Assembly (NCBI RefSeq): GCF_902652985.1
Contig: NC_047025.1
Location: 16,864,001-16,928,000 of the forward strand
Origin: Pecten maximus
Lineage: Eukaryota
Length of the DNA stretch: 64,000 bases
Reading direction: 5' to 3'
Shown: positions 12,301 through 24,600 of the stretch, in pieces
How the letters are laid out: the number at the start of each line of letters is the position of its first letter
How positions within the stretch are numbered: position 1 is the first letter of the stretch
Position numbers and translations under genes: made by a program
Notes under the pieces: generated by a model
Told to the model about the DNA's origin: nothing
The model's database searches: none
Seen by the model: the letters and a program-made list of their open reading frames with translations, nothing else

Positions 12301-15232
12301 TAATTTTCTATTTTTAGTAACATTGACCCTGACATTTGACCTTTGGATCTGAAAAGTATTCTTAAACAAGCACTTGTTGTAAGGAAGATCTGCATTAAGT
12401 TTGAGTTTGATCAGCCCAAGGGAACTTGAGTTATTGCACAGAAACAAATTTTCTATTTTCTGAACCTTGTTGAATCTCCCCACTCAGGTGATCAAGGTAG
12501 GGGGCTCAGAATGGCTTTGATTAGAGTCTATTGTCAAATTTTCTTGGTTCGTCTTGTCCCTAGTGAAATGTCTTAGGTGATTTAGGGGAAGCAACTCAGT
12601 CTCCGTGTCTGAGTGTGACGAGACGTTAGGTCAGGGCTAACTACCTGCTTGGTTGACCTGAGCTTTTGAACAGGCACCTTAAGGGGAACTTCAAATGGAA
12701 TGGAGTTAAAAGGGAGTACCATGTTATGGTACAAGGTACGACTCTTACCTCCTGAACCTTCATGTGACACCTCATACATAGAATTATCACTGTTGGGGAT
12801 ATTAATCACCAGACAGGGTTCCTGTTTCCACTCATCAGCTAGCTTGTTCTTTCCCTCCAAACAGGTACCTTTCTGATAAGGACCTGGTCTCAAACTTAGA
12901 ATCTCGAACCTTCAAGTCATACTATACTGTGTTCTGTTGAGCATTCCTGTTAGCCTCATTCTGAGCAGCTTTATAAGCTATATCCATCCTATTACAGAGT
13001 TTTCCAACATAGGAGCTCGGATTAACTGCACCCTGCTGACCAGTGTCAGTTCCTTACTAAGAGCCTATCAATAATCTGGGGTGCCCACCGATAACCTTGG
13101 GTGCCACCGAAACAAAAGAAAGTGTCTGTGTGAAGAATACATCATGGAATCCTTTTGGGTTGCATTGTAGGCCTCCAATCCTTTTTCTGGGAATCCTGGG
13201 TAGCAAGCATACCTAGGAGTACGTGTTTTATTGAACCTCTCCACTGAACCATTTCTCATTCGACATTGGATGGTACATTGTATCAGAGACATATATAGAG
13301 AGATAAGTAACATCGCTATTTTCCCGTACAAGTGGTAGCTCCCTTTATTTGTGACCACTCAAGCATATCCCTTATCGAGAGCGTCTTGTTCCCTATCAAA
13401 CACACGCGAGCACAGGTAAATTGGGCTTTGCGCATGTGTGTATCGATGTACTGGAACTTATTCGACATGTTCTGGTTAATCCGCCATTACGTCAGACCAA
13501 AACATCGTCAATTTTAAATACACACAAAAAGCACATCGTTTTATTTAGGCCACTACAAAAGTTACTTCATTATCCAAAAACTATCATAATTATGGGATAT
13601 AGTCTTACTGATCATGCACACTGTTGTCATTAATCCATATTTTCGAAAATCCATTGGGTCCTATTAGACGTCTTCCTAGTTTTGTAATTAAGCCGCCATT
13701 ACATCAGACCAAAACATCGTCAATTTTAAACACACACAAAAAGCACATCGATTTATTTAGGCCACTACAAAAGTTGCTACATTATCCAAAAACTATCATA
13801 CTTATGGGATATGGTCTTGTTTATCATGCACATTGTTGTCATTTATCCGTAGGGACTTTTCGAAAATTGGAGATTCACGCCGATCTTCCCTGTGGTGTGC
13901 TTGACTTTCATACTCAAAATACAAACACTTTGACAGCAAATTGTGATATATTTCATATTGATAACACTTCTGCACTTTGATATTAATAAAATTAAAGCAC
14001 ATCATTGGATCTTGGTGATGATTTCAAATAGAAATTATCGATAATTATGTGTCTGGTTTTCAAGTTTTCTCCAATATGGCGTCAGGAGAAGACTGAACAG
14101 AGTGACCGCAAAGGATTGTGGGAAGGTCAGGGGCCACCACGTAGACATAAGGGCAAATAGAGAGTAGCCAATCTCTCTCTATATGTCTCTGATTGTATGG
14201 AGTTTTTCTAGTTTAACTCCAGCAACTTTGCACAGCTGTTTGATAATCTTGCTTTCAAAGTTACAGCCCTGATCATTATGGAGCATTTCTGGGAAACTAT
14301 AGTACATAGTATACATATATTGGCTTTCTGGTTTTTACAGTGTTTCAGAGACGACTTAACAGGAATGTTATAGCTGCTATAATTCAGGATTCTTATTTTC
14401 TAGTCATTTATATGTGTTGAAGTTCTATGTAACCATACATGGATTACATGCAGTTCACTGCCATATTTCACTACCATATTTCACTCTTACCATATTTCCC
14501 TGCCATAATTCACTGCCATATTTCACTCTGCCATATTTCACTGCCATATTTCAATCATTTTAGAGATTTTATGTATGGCAAGCTCAAGTGTTTCCCTTTC
14601 TCTTTTTTGACAAATGACACTTTGGTAGAAGTTGAGTAATAAATCAACTTTTTCCTTTGTTAGAACTGGCCTTTCAACCTTATTGTGATTAAAGTTTGTT
14701 TTGTTTTAATCAGTAATTTCCTGTTTCAGTGTGGATTTACAGTCTAGCATAATTTCCAATCAATTAAATATAATTAAATGATTTATTGTTTTATTAGCCA
14801 GAGCCCAGATTGTAGTTAACTTAAGTGAGGACTCTCTCCTCTTTTCAAGAGAGTTCTCAATTACAAGAATAAGACATGATCACCAAGAACTACCTTTTTA
14901 GTAAACACCCACTCTGTCTATCATCTGATTACGTGTGTACTAATAATAGTTTACACATCCACGAACATACAAACCTTGATAACAGCCGAGCACAAAGCTG
15001 TTTCATGCTTATCGTTTGCTCCATTGACAACACTTTGTATATCTGCCTTATTTTGTTTTATGACACCCAGATAGTTCCGCACTCGCTCTAGCTCGTCAGA
15101 TTTAACAGCCTCAATTAAAGAAATAACATCTTTGTCAACGTTGACAACATTGTCCGATCGACACGAAAAGTCAATCACAGGATACAGTTTCGGTCGAATT
15201 TCACAGTCAACAACTTTGTAGAGAAGTGGCAT
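6356..15232 (-). CDS. Ankyrin repeat and SOCS box-containing (ASB-like) protein, 4 coding exons, about 424 aa
   Basis: Exons (minus strand): 15232-14975, 8873-8692, 7796-7643, 7036-6356. All introns are GT-AG and phases are consistent. The spliced product has ankyrin repeats (HETALCSAVIK|KNLDICKLLINNGSDVD; GYSLLHDACSKENLEIVK|ILLKWGAD; GETVLHMAIIHGNVQLVEFLLKHGA) and a C-terminal SOCS box (VPDLKALCRFKLRKHL...ITRLPLPPILKEYV*). Confidence 0.9.
8289..8644. mobile_element. hAT-like MITE with 5-bp TSD
   Basis: Termini CAGGGCATTTTTT / AAAAAAAGCCCTG, flanked by TATAT on both sides, with subterminal TTCCC repeats. Confidence 0.7.
9143..9799 (+). mobile_element. Helentron-associated / pearl-like element
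   Basis: Diverged internal repeats (GAAGAAGATTTTTGAA...TTTGACCCTTTTT), a GGACGAC microsatellite, and a 3' end TAGCTCACTTGAGACTTCGTCTCA...GGTGACCTAAAAA with a hairpin. Confidence 0.7.
10767..11539. mobile_element. MITE with TA TSD (Tc1/mariner-pogo type)
   Basis: TIRs CTGTATAGCGGTAAATTTTAGCGG / CCGCTAAAATTTCCCGCTATACGG, TA flanks, and subterminal AAATTTTGGCG repeats. Confidence 0.82.
12560..14340 (-). pseudogene. Degenerate gypsy integrase relic in ASB intron 1, interrupted by a DNA transposon at 13284-14191
   Basis: Minus-strand fragments FPEMLHNDQGCNFESKIIKQLCKVAG (about 14200-14300), NGSVERFN, AYNAT..., and GKNKLADEWKQEP...RTLYHNMVLP, with frameshifts. Confidence 0.8.
13284..14191. mobile_element. 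Non-autonomous DNA transposon with 7-bp TSD (P-superfamily-like)
   Basis: TIRs CAGAGACATATATAGAGAGAT / ATCTCTCTCTATATGTCTCTG. Perfect TSD ATTGTAT at 13277-13283 and 14192-14198. It has an internal direct duplication of about 150 bp (13480-13635 vs 13693-13850) and splits an integrase relic. Confidence 0.8.
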
Positions 15233-15642
15233 CTTAAGCCCAGGACTAATGTACACTTTTATGTAGGAAAGATTTGCTGATAACTAACAAAAGACCATTG
15301 TCTTCTCTGTTTCATCATCCGAACTCTCATTCAAAATGAAAGTAGAAAAGTCATCTTAGGGAGCATAACGTTTGTAATGTGTGCATTGTCCCTGTTATGG
15401 ATGAAATATAGTATAAAAGTATATTGTTAAAATACTAGATTTTTTAGGAAATAGTTTTAACTGTGAAATATGAAGAAACATTTCTGAACTTTACTAATCA
15501 AATTTTCAAATCAACTAAAATCAAATTCTCCCCATTCCAAGATGGCCGCGCCCTGATGAAACACGTTGGGCGTCACATGAAAACATTTTTTAAGCAGTTG
15601 TTGAGGTCATACAGAGCTGATTTCCCGTGTAATAATAGAAAC
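15233..15642. promoter_or_regulatory. Putative bidirectional promoter/5'UTR region shared by the ASB-like gene and PRMT7
   Basis: The divergent ATGs are only about 320-410 bp apart. A YY1-like CAAGATGGCCGC motif lies at about 15538-15549. Confidence 0.6.
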
Positions 15643-18600
15643 ATGAGCACATTTGTGTCGATTATCAATCCGGTGACCGGGAAAACTGACTGGAGTCTAC
15701 AGAATGACGACTATGACTTCCATCAAGAAATTGCAAGGTAGGCCTACATGCAGACATGATGTAATGATCTGATTGATAACAAACTGATAAACAACATTGA
15801 TGTAGTATCATAATAATATTGTAATCTGTACAGTATACTTTGAATTGTTTGGAATAAGAATTCACCCCAATCCACATCATGGCGCTAGATAGAATGTTTC
15901 ACTTGTGCTCAGGCATTTTTATTTTTTATCAATATACTTGCAAGCTGTATGTTTATGCATCAAGCATCTCTTATGCATGCAAATAAAAAAAAAAAAAACA
16001 GAATGAAGATGTGTGGATTTTTGGATTTTTAATGATTTTTTTTTTAATTTCGGAAATTTGGTAGTTTTTGTCAGCTTTGTCAACCATTTTTCAAAAAATG
16101 TGTCAGTATGAAAAAAAAAATTCAAAGTGATTTTGGCAATATTAACATAAACCACAATATAAAACTATATGTATTTTATCATATGAAAGCAAATTTGGGG
16201 TATAAAACATCTAACAAAATGTTGATCTCTGCGCAAAGATGCCACAATTTCAGTGATTTTTCAGCCTATTTTGGAAAAAAATAACTTTCCTGGAAATTGG
16301 GAAAATTTAACGCGGAAAATGATATTTTTGGGAAAAATTGTAAATTAGAATTACAAATAAATTATTATATACATTAAAACAATAAACAAACAATTAAATG
16401 GAGATCACTTTGGTTTTATTTTTTCTATTTTGTTGTGACAGTGTTCACAAGGGTATTTGTCTGTCTTTTTTGTTTTTGAACAAGAGGATCAGAGATCCGA
16501 GGTCCTCTGCGGACAAGTGTTCTGGTCCCTCAAAATTAATTCTCATCAAAAGGCGTCGATCTGATTTTGGTTTTCCTTTAAGTAGACCTATCTTGACTTG
16601 ACAGTCGGTGTCCGGCTCGGCGACTGAAGGTGGCGGAGATACCGACGTAGCAGGCTTTGTCCCGACAACCGGAAGTGGACTGGCATGTACTATGGGTTCT
16701 GATAATGCCGTCTGTGTTGGTGTTTTGGGTTTAAATAGTTCAGTCAGGGTTTTGGAGCCCTTGCTGTCGGATAATCGTATTTTCTTTGCTTAGTACTTGC
16801 CATTATGTGAGGCCATTTTATGGCGATTCGTGATCACCCAAGCGTTTGCACATTACTTGTATACTAATGGCAAAAACAGCGACCGGGTCAAAATATCCGG
16901 AATTGAAATCGGTAATTATTTGGGAATTTCGGCGGGACAATTGGGATTTTTTTTAATGAAATCTCATTGGGAATGGGATCGGTACCCGACCCTATTTATA
17001 TAGGCTGAAAAATCACTGAATTTATCTACAATTTTGCTTTCTTCGCCAAAAAAAAATACACAAACCTGTCTAAAACATGCAAACTAGAAAAATAAGAAGT
17101 AACATTTAAATATCTTTATGAAAAGCATGAAATTATAACCAGGGCCTAGCCTGTGTCTGTGACCGTATCTTCGACATTGTTAGAATTAAGACTGTCAAAT
17201 ACTGTATATTGAAATCACATGAAAATGTATTCTTAACAACACTTGGAAATAATCATTGAGATGTTTAGGAACATGCCAAGTCTATATCAGTTCCTGATTT
17301 TACTTTCACTAGTTTCAATTTCACAGTAACAAACTTGCACAATTAGTCACAATCACGTCTGAACGATCGCTTACGATACTCAACTATAAGTTAGTGGATT
17401 ATATATGGTATATAGATAAATTCTATAAGGAAAATGTTTCATTTGGTGCAGTACCATTACTATCTTTTAAATTAATAACTTAATTAAGTTGTACATCGAC
17501 AAAATTGAAGTGTTATGCATTTTCAAATGCTAAAACGAAACCTGAATGAAAGTGAAAGTAGATAATGTCAACATGGTCTGTGGCTTACCATATATACAAT
17601 GTAGTCGTAACAGACCTCATCTTATTTTTTACATATGGTCATTTCGCACAAAAAGCGGAATAATCATACATTTTTTGTGACATGTATGTATAGATAGAAC
17701 ATGTGTTAAACTAAATAGGAGTATTTTTGACATGTAATCGGCATTTAAAGAAAAATACACGGATTTACAGATTTCAATTTTGGACCTCATCTTACCGCCA
17801 TTGATTTTCTCTAAGACTTTTCTCATTAACATAGCCTCAATATCATATCTGCATCATCAGTCAATTGAATGTTTGAAAGGTATATGCCTTCATGTGCTAA
17901 TTTAATGCTATAAAAAGCCTCTTGAGAATGACGCTTTGGGTATAAGGTAAGGTGACAAAAAAAAGTTACCTCCCCTTTGCCTGAGCATAGCTATAGAAAG
18001 CCCGATTGGGAGTTTAAATTGTCCTGTTGTCAGTGTTGATGGTTTAATTTGCTTGTTATAAATATTTGATAAGGGTTGTTTCACACCTGTTTATGGATGA
18101 CAGCCACGTAATGACTATGTACGACTAACTTCCTGTTCGTTCTGTTTCTAGGTTTGCTCTAAGCCTTTAATAAATGTAATGATTTTTTGTTTTGTTTTTA
18201 CTTTCAATTGAAAAAATTAAATGTAACTAATTTAACTCTATATATTTTCTTAAATGTCTTCAGATTATTATTAAAGGGCATTTAAAAAAATAAGGAATAT
18301 TCAGATTAGCAGATGCCATACCACCAGTGAAGGGAAAGACTTATTTGTCAATGACTCATGAAGTGATAAATTCAAAGTGTAAGAAAAAAGATATAGGGAT
18401 AACCAGATCCAGATATTTTACATTGTTATATTATGCTATGTGAAATGATAAATCCCACTTATTCGCCATTTTGAATGATATAAAGCAAAAGAATAAACGG
18501 CTATTCATTGTACAGCTCTGTATGTCAAGGTAATGGCAACAATATAAGAGAAAATCATACGTAGTTCAAAGTTGTGAACAAAACTGTAATGATTTTAAAT

Positions 18601-21600
18601 GGAGGTTTGGTTTATATTATACTAAATATAAATAAACAATATGTTGTCAAAATTCCATAGAACAAGCTGTGTTTACATCAAAATATCCTGGAACATTTAC
18701 ATAATATAATGTAAGTTTCTATTTCCCAGCAACAAATATTCTTCAGCTTGTAATTGTATCATATTCTGTATCCATTTTAAACATAACAAAAACTTTCTCC
18801 TGTTCTTGTTTTCAGGTCAGCATATGCTGATATGCTACATGACACTGAAAGGGTATGTCCACAAAACAAATATCAATCTGAGTATACAGCTCTGTATTTT
18901 CATGGTTGAAAAAAAATCAAGTTTTGTTATCATCCTGAAGTATATAATTTTCCATTGTTTGTATGCAGAATGCTGCTTTCTGATTGGTTTAGAGTTTTTT
19001 TTCATTCCTCTATGAAAAAAAAATCCGAAAATGGCGTGAAAAATGTGACGTCACAATATGGCCATTGACATTGCGTATTGATTTGTGAAAAAATATCCCT
19101 TATAAGATCAGTTAAATTGTACATAAAATATTTTTTGATTTTGAAAATCAATTTCAAATATTTATCATAAGCGTTAATGTCAATTATTTCTTAGTTTCAT
19201 AGGAGTATGAAAAAAAAAATTGTTTGCAAACTTTTGTAAGAATTCACTACACGGATTCATACAGTTTGCAAACAATTTTTTTTTCATACCGCAATGAAAC
19301 TTGACATCAGTGCTTAAATATAGATATGTTATTTCTACTGTAAGATAAGTTCAAAGCTACATTAAGTACCTTTAGTTAAACAACACAGATATGTAAGAGA
19401 AGTCTTATGAATCTATAAAAAACTAAAATTTTGTACTCTGATGCTACACAAATATTGAAGCTGACTTTAGTTTGGTCAATTTTTCAGAATCAGAAGTATT
19501 ACTCTGCCTTGCGTCAGGCAGTTGGGATTCTCCGTGAACGTGGAGAGAGGATTCATGTCCTTGATATTGGCACAGGAACAGGACTTTTGTCCATGATGGC
19601 CGCCACCCTAGGAGCTGACCAGGTGACTGCATGTGAGGTGAGTAATGAGTCAGTGGGGCCAGAACTGAACTAAGGACAGACTGGAATAAGACTTTGGTTG
19701 AAAATGTCTTCTTATATATAGCTATAAACATTTTTTTACTTTACATCAATTGGGAGAAAAGTTGTATCATCTTATATTAATTACTCTTGTTGGCCTGGAT
19801 GGAAGCATGCGAGGGGTCTTACTACGGCAGGAAACAGGAGTACACAGAGTAAACCAATGTGATTAGACAATTGGTCTCATACCTTTTCATATCTGATCAG
19901 GGAATCAAACCCTGGTTGTCTAGGTGGAAGGCAAGTGTAATACCAACTAAGCTACTTGATCAAAAATATCAAGTAATAGTAAGATTGTGTATCTGCTAAA
20001 TGCACATTCCTTAAATCCTTGTCTTTCAAAAGATGGTACATTCAATTGGTTCACTCCATCCAATTTAAATAGAAAGATTGAGCCTTCCATAAAATAAATA
20101 AGGAGATCCTTAGATAAGTCTCAAATGTTAGCTTTCTTTCAGTTTTTGCTTTTATACAATTTTAAAAACTGATTACCTTTGAAATAAAAGGAAAATGTTG
20201 ATTAAAATGAAGATTTTCCTACTAATAAGTTTTAGATCACATTTCACTTCTAAAAAATATAATATGGTTTTGTTCAACAGGCTTTCTCTCCTATGGCAGA
20301 GTGTGCCAAGAAGGGGATCCTACAAAATGGTTTTGCTGACAAAATAAAGTTGATACCAAAACGTTCTACAGAAATCTTGGTGGGGAAAGGTCAGTAGTTC
20401 TTGATCATATTTGGCTAATGGCTTACTGGAATAAAGTTCTAGGAAAAAAATAAAGGATACTAAATCCGGTCTGCATATAGAGGATTATTAAGAATCAAAA
20501 TTAAACATTCAAATATCCAAACTAAGAAGTGCTGTTAAGCCATCAGTATTAAATCATATGGAAAATGATTTTACAATGTGCTTGTATTATAATGTTATGT
20601 TAACATTACAATAAATTAATTTTACAATTTGTTAACAGATGGAGATATGGAATCACGCGCAAATATCTTGATCACAGAGGTGTTTGATACAGAACTGATT
20701 GGAGAAGGGGGTATTGGAACATTTACACATGCTCACAAAGAACTTTTACAGGTAATACCAGAAATATGTTTGTCAAAGTATCTTCAACAGGTGATACTGA
20801 CCGGGATAGATATATGGGGAGATAACTCCTACAGGTGATACTGATCATGATAGATATGTGGGGAGATAACTCCTACAGGTGATACTGACCGTGATAGATA
20901 TGTGGGGAGATAACTCATACAGGTGATACTGGCCGGGATAGATATGTGGGGAGATAACTCATACAGGTGATACTGACCGTGATAGATATGTGGGGAGATA
21001 ACTCCTACAGGTGATACTGACCGTGATAGATATATGCGGAGATAACTCATACAGGTGATACTGACCGGGATAGATATATGGGGAGATAACTCCTACAGGT
21101 GATACTGATCAGGATAGATATGTGGGGAGATAACTCATACAGGTGATAATGACTGAGATAGATATGTGGGAAGAAGGTACAGACTTAAGGTATTGCTGTT
21201 TTTTACTTAGTACTCAAGACCTTACAATCAACCAGGGGCTGTTGTATAGTAGGGACTGTTATAGTCTATTTATGATAATACATCCAGAGATTGATAAGCT
21301 GTGGTTGGTTGGGTGGCAGAGTTACACACTAGCCTTTAGGTGGCCTGTATGGCTCAATCTCCCATTTAGACATAAAAAGGTAGAGTGGTCACTTGCCAGA
21401 CAGTGTGGGCTTTCTCCAGGTTCTCTGGTTTCCTCCTTAAAACAGACCCCTGGCATGCTTCCATCCCAGACAACAAGACTGATGGATACAACTTGATATA
21501 ATTGTCACTTGTTTCACGATAACAGTGCTCCAGATCACTTTAACTCAAAAATTCCAGACACGGAAATGAATTGCTCCACGCTTTTGCCGTTGTTGAATGA

Positions 21601-24600
21601 ATTTGGACATGTTGTTTACTTTTACAAATCGTTAATAATTTCGTCTATAATACCTTTGACATTAATCTGGCTTTTGTTGACAGATTATTTTGTTTTAAAA
21701 AATACTGTCAGCAGACACCATCTTTAGCTTGTTGCCATTCACACAGCGCACCTCATGGCATTAGTGATCTGAATCAATAGAGCGCTTAGCAGCACTCGTG
21801 ATCAGAATATAGCGACAAACAGCGCTTGGAACAAGTCTTGAAGCATACATCGAGTTACGCCGGGCATTGTCAGTCGATAAAAATGTCTCCCGCATCATTT
21901 ATAAGTAGCACATGGACACATTACTATGCTATGTTAATTGTCGTGGGAGCTTGTATGCCTTGTGTCAAAGTCTTATGTGTTATGCTACATTCATGGGAGT
22001 TTTGTGGACATCTCCCTTTTTTATCCAGTGAGGTTTTTTTTGTAATTTCAAGGCGTAAATTACACTTATCTGGAGCACTGACAATAATTGTTGTAAAATA
22101 AAGTTTTCATTTATATAAAAAATGGTTGCTTCCTTACAATATAGTGTATGTTTACATTACAGAATGACTGTATTGTGGTGCCATCTGTTGCTAACATGTA
22201 CGTACAGCCTGTCAGATCTGACCTGGTCCGGCGATGGCGGGACATACTGCCAATCAAAATGGGGGGATGTGATAGCATCAATACACCTGCTGAGTTGACT
22301 AATTGTGGAGGCGCTCCATCCTTGCATGACCTTCAATTAGACCAGATACCTCGAGACCAGTTTGAGGTCATCTCTGCTCCAATCAAAGTATTCAGGTTCG
22401 TTGAATCAAAGGATATATTGAACTTCTGCACATGTATCTATATCATGTTTACAAATTATTTTTATGCACATGAAATTTAGGAGTGATGCATATTTTTGTC
22501 AATAAAAATGTGTATAATACATAGATATGTAGATGTTTCATGAAACATGTCAGAAGCTCCTTATACATGAATTAATACATGAATTAATGATTACATTTGT
22601 GTTACCACAGGTTTGATTTCAGTGGCAAGACACCTCTACCGTTCGAGAATCAATCCCAAAATGTTGTTAAATCCCTGACGTCTGGACAAGTGGATGGTGT
22701 GTTTATGTGGTGGGATCTCGAAATGGACACTCAAGGAGAAATAAACCTTAGCTGTGCACCTAGCTGGGCCCACCCAAATATTGAAGAATTACAGGTAGGT
22801 TAGGTTATCTTTCCTGTTTTAGCAATAAATTTTAACCTCTGGGCAAGAAAATGCTATATATCTTCTAGGTGTACAAATATATGTTCATAATAAATGATTT
22901 TGAAGAAGATATCTCCGGAGTCCTTCAAAAGGTATAGATTTAAATTTAGTTATGTTTTCTCCGAAGCATGACATCAGCAGGTTCTATAGCAGATTATATC
23001 TAGTAGACTACAATTTGGTCAAGGTTTAGGAATGAAAACATGACATTAAAGGTAGACTGTTTTTGAAGAGAAAATCAAAAAATTAGAAAAAGATAACTCC
23101 TGAACCCATGAGCGAAGCTAGGTGGTAAATACCTAGTATATGAGAGCATGTACATGTATTCATTTTTCCTCTTTGATGATTCTTATTTTAACCTTTTGAA
23201 AACAGAAAATAAACAAAGAAGGTACATTTTCATTCTAGTGGAGAGATCACTGGATGCAGGCAATTTACTATCCCAGCATTCCATTAGAGGTCAACAAAGG
23301 GGAAGAGGTCAAGGTCATTAGTTACCATGACGAGTACAGTCTGTGTTTTGAAGTTGCCAAGGAATCAAGGTATGCAACCTTTAAAAGAGAAAAAAAGGGA
23401 AATACAAAAACAAAATACATCATTAACATAAATACAAATACAAACACATCATTAACATAAATACAAATACAAAACACGTCATTAACATAAATACAAATAC
23501 AAAACACGTCATTAACATAAATACAAATAAAAAAACACATCATTAACATAAGTACAAAATCAATACAAAACACATCATTTACATAAACACAAATACAAAC
23601 ACATCATTAACATAATACAAATACAAAACACATCATTAACATAAATACAAATACAAAACACATCATTAACATAAATACAAATACAGTAAACCCCCGTTAT
23701 AATGCCACCTTTTGTTCTGGGAGATTTTGGCGTTATATCGAGTTTGGCGAAATAACGAATTTGATCCAATAATGAGATAGGTCCGACATGTTTTAAGAAG
23801 GCAGTGTTGGATCAACGTGTACCTTTTATATTGTAGAAATGATGTTAAAAATTCGCAAAATATATACAAAATATGTTTTTATTATCATACAATTTGACAT
23901 TTTAAATATATGTAGAAATAGATTGATTGCATCAAACACATCAGTAAAATCAGTCAAAATTATTCACGGCTAGGAGTCTGACGTCGACAATAACAACGAT
24001 CATGTCACTGTAAATATTTTACATGTTCAAAAAGTCGTACATTGTTTTTGTTTTGCAGAACACTGTGAAATATTATTCATTTTGTTTTGGATAGATACAC
24101 ATTTGTCTATGTCACTTGATACAGTACTCGTTTGGTATTCTAAAAATTTGATTACAGTTTCTATAGCACGCTTGGCTTCCGTGAATGTTGGGGGCGGGGT
24201 CATTTGTGTTTCCTGTCGTTCGTCGTCTGAGTCACTGTCATTAGTTTCAGTTACCGATTTCACGATTTCATTTTCAGGAATGACCTGTGTTGGTTGTAAA
24301 TGTTTGTCCATGTCCACAAATTGTCTTACTGTAAGACGTAATTTTGGATCTAAGTCCAGGTCGTCTTGCACAGTGTTTGATAAATTCCCAAGTTCTACAT
24401 CCGGGACCTCAAGTGATTGACATTCACTTGCTTCATCGTTGCGCATGACTAAACCGCTGTGATACCAACAATTAATGATTGTCTGAGGGGTCACGTAATC
24501 CCAGGCAATTTTTACAAATCTGATGGCAGTGTTTAATAGTAAAACTGGTGCTTCCTTTCTGTCTTTGCGTAGCCGTTGGATGAGACTCGGCATATTTGAT

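Noticed and set aside
24027-24593. Possible domesticated TIGD/CENP-B-like gene nested in a PRMT7 intron
   Set aside because: It lies within TIRs with a TA TSD, lacks the DDE core and has a frameshifted N-terminus. It is a deletion derivative.
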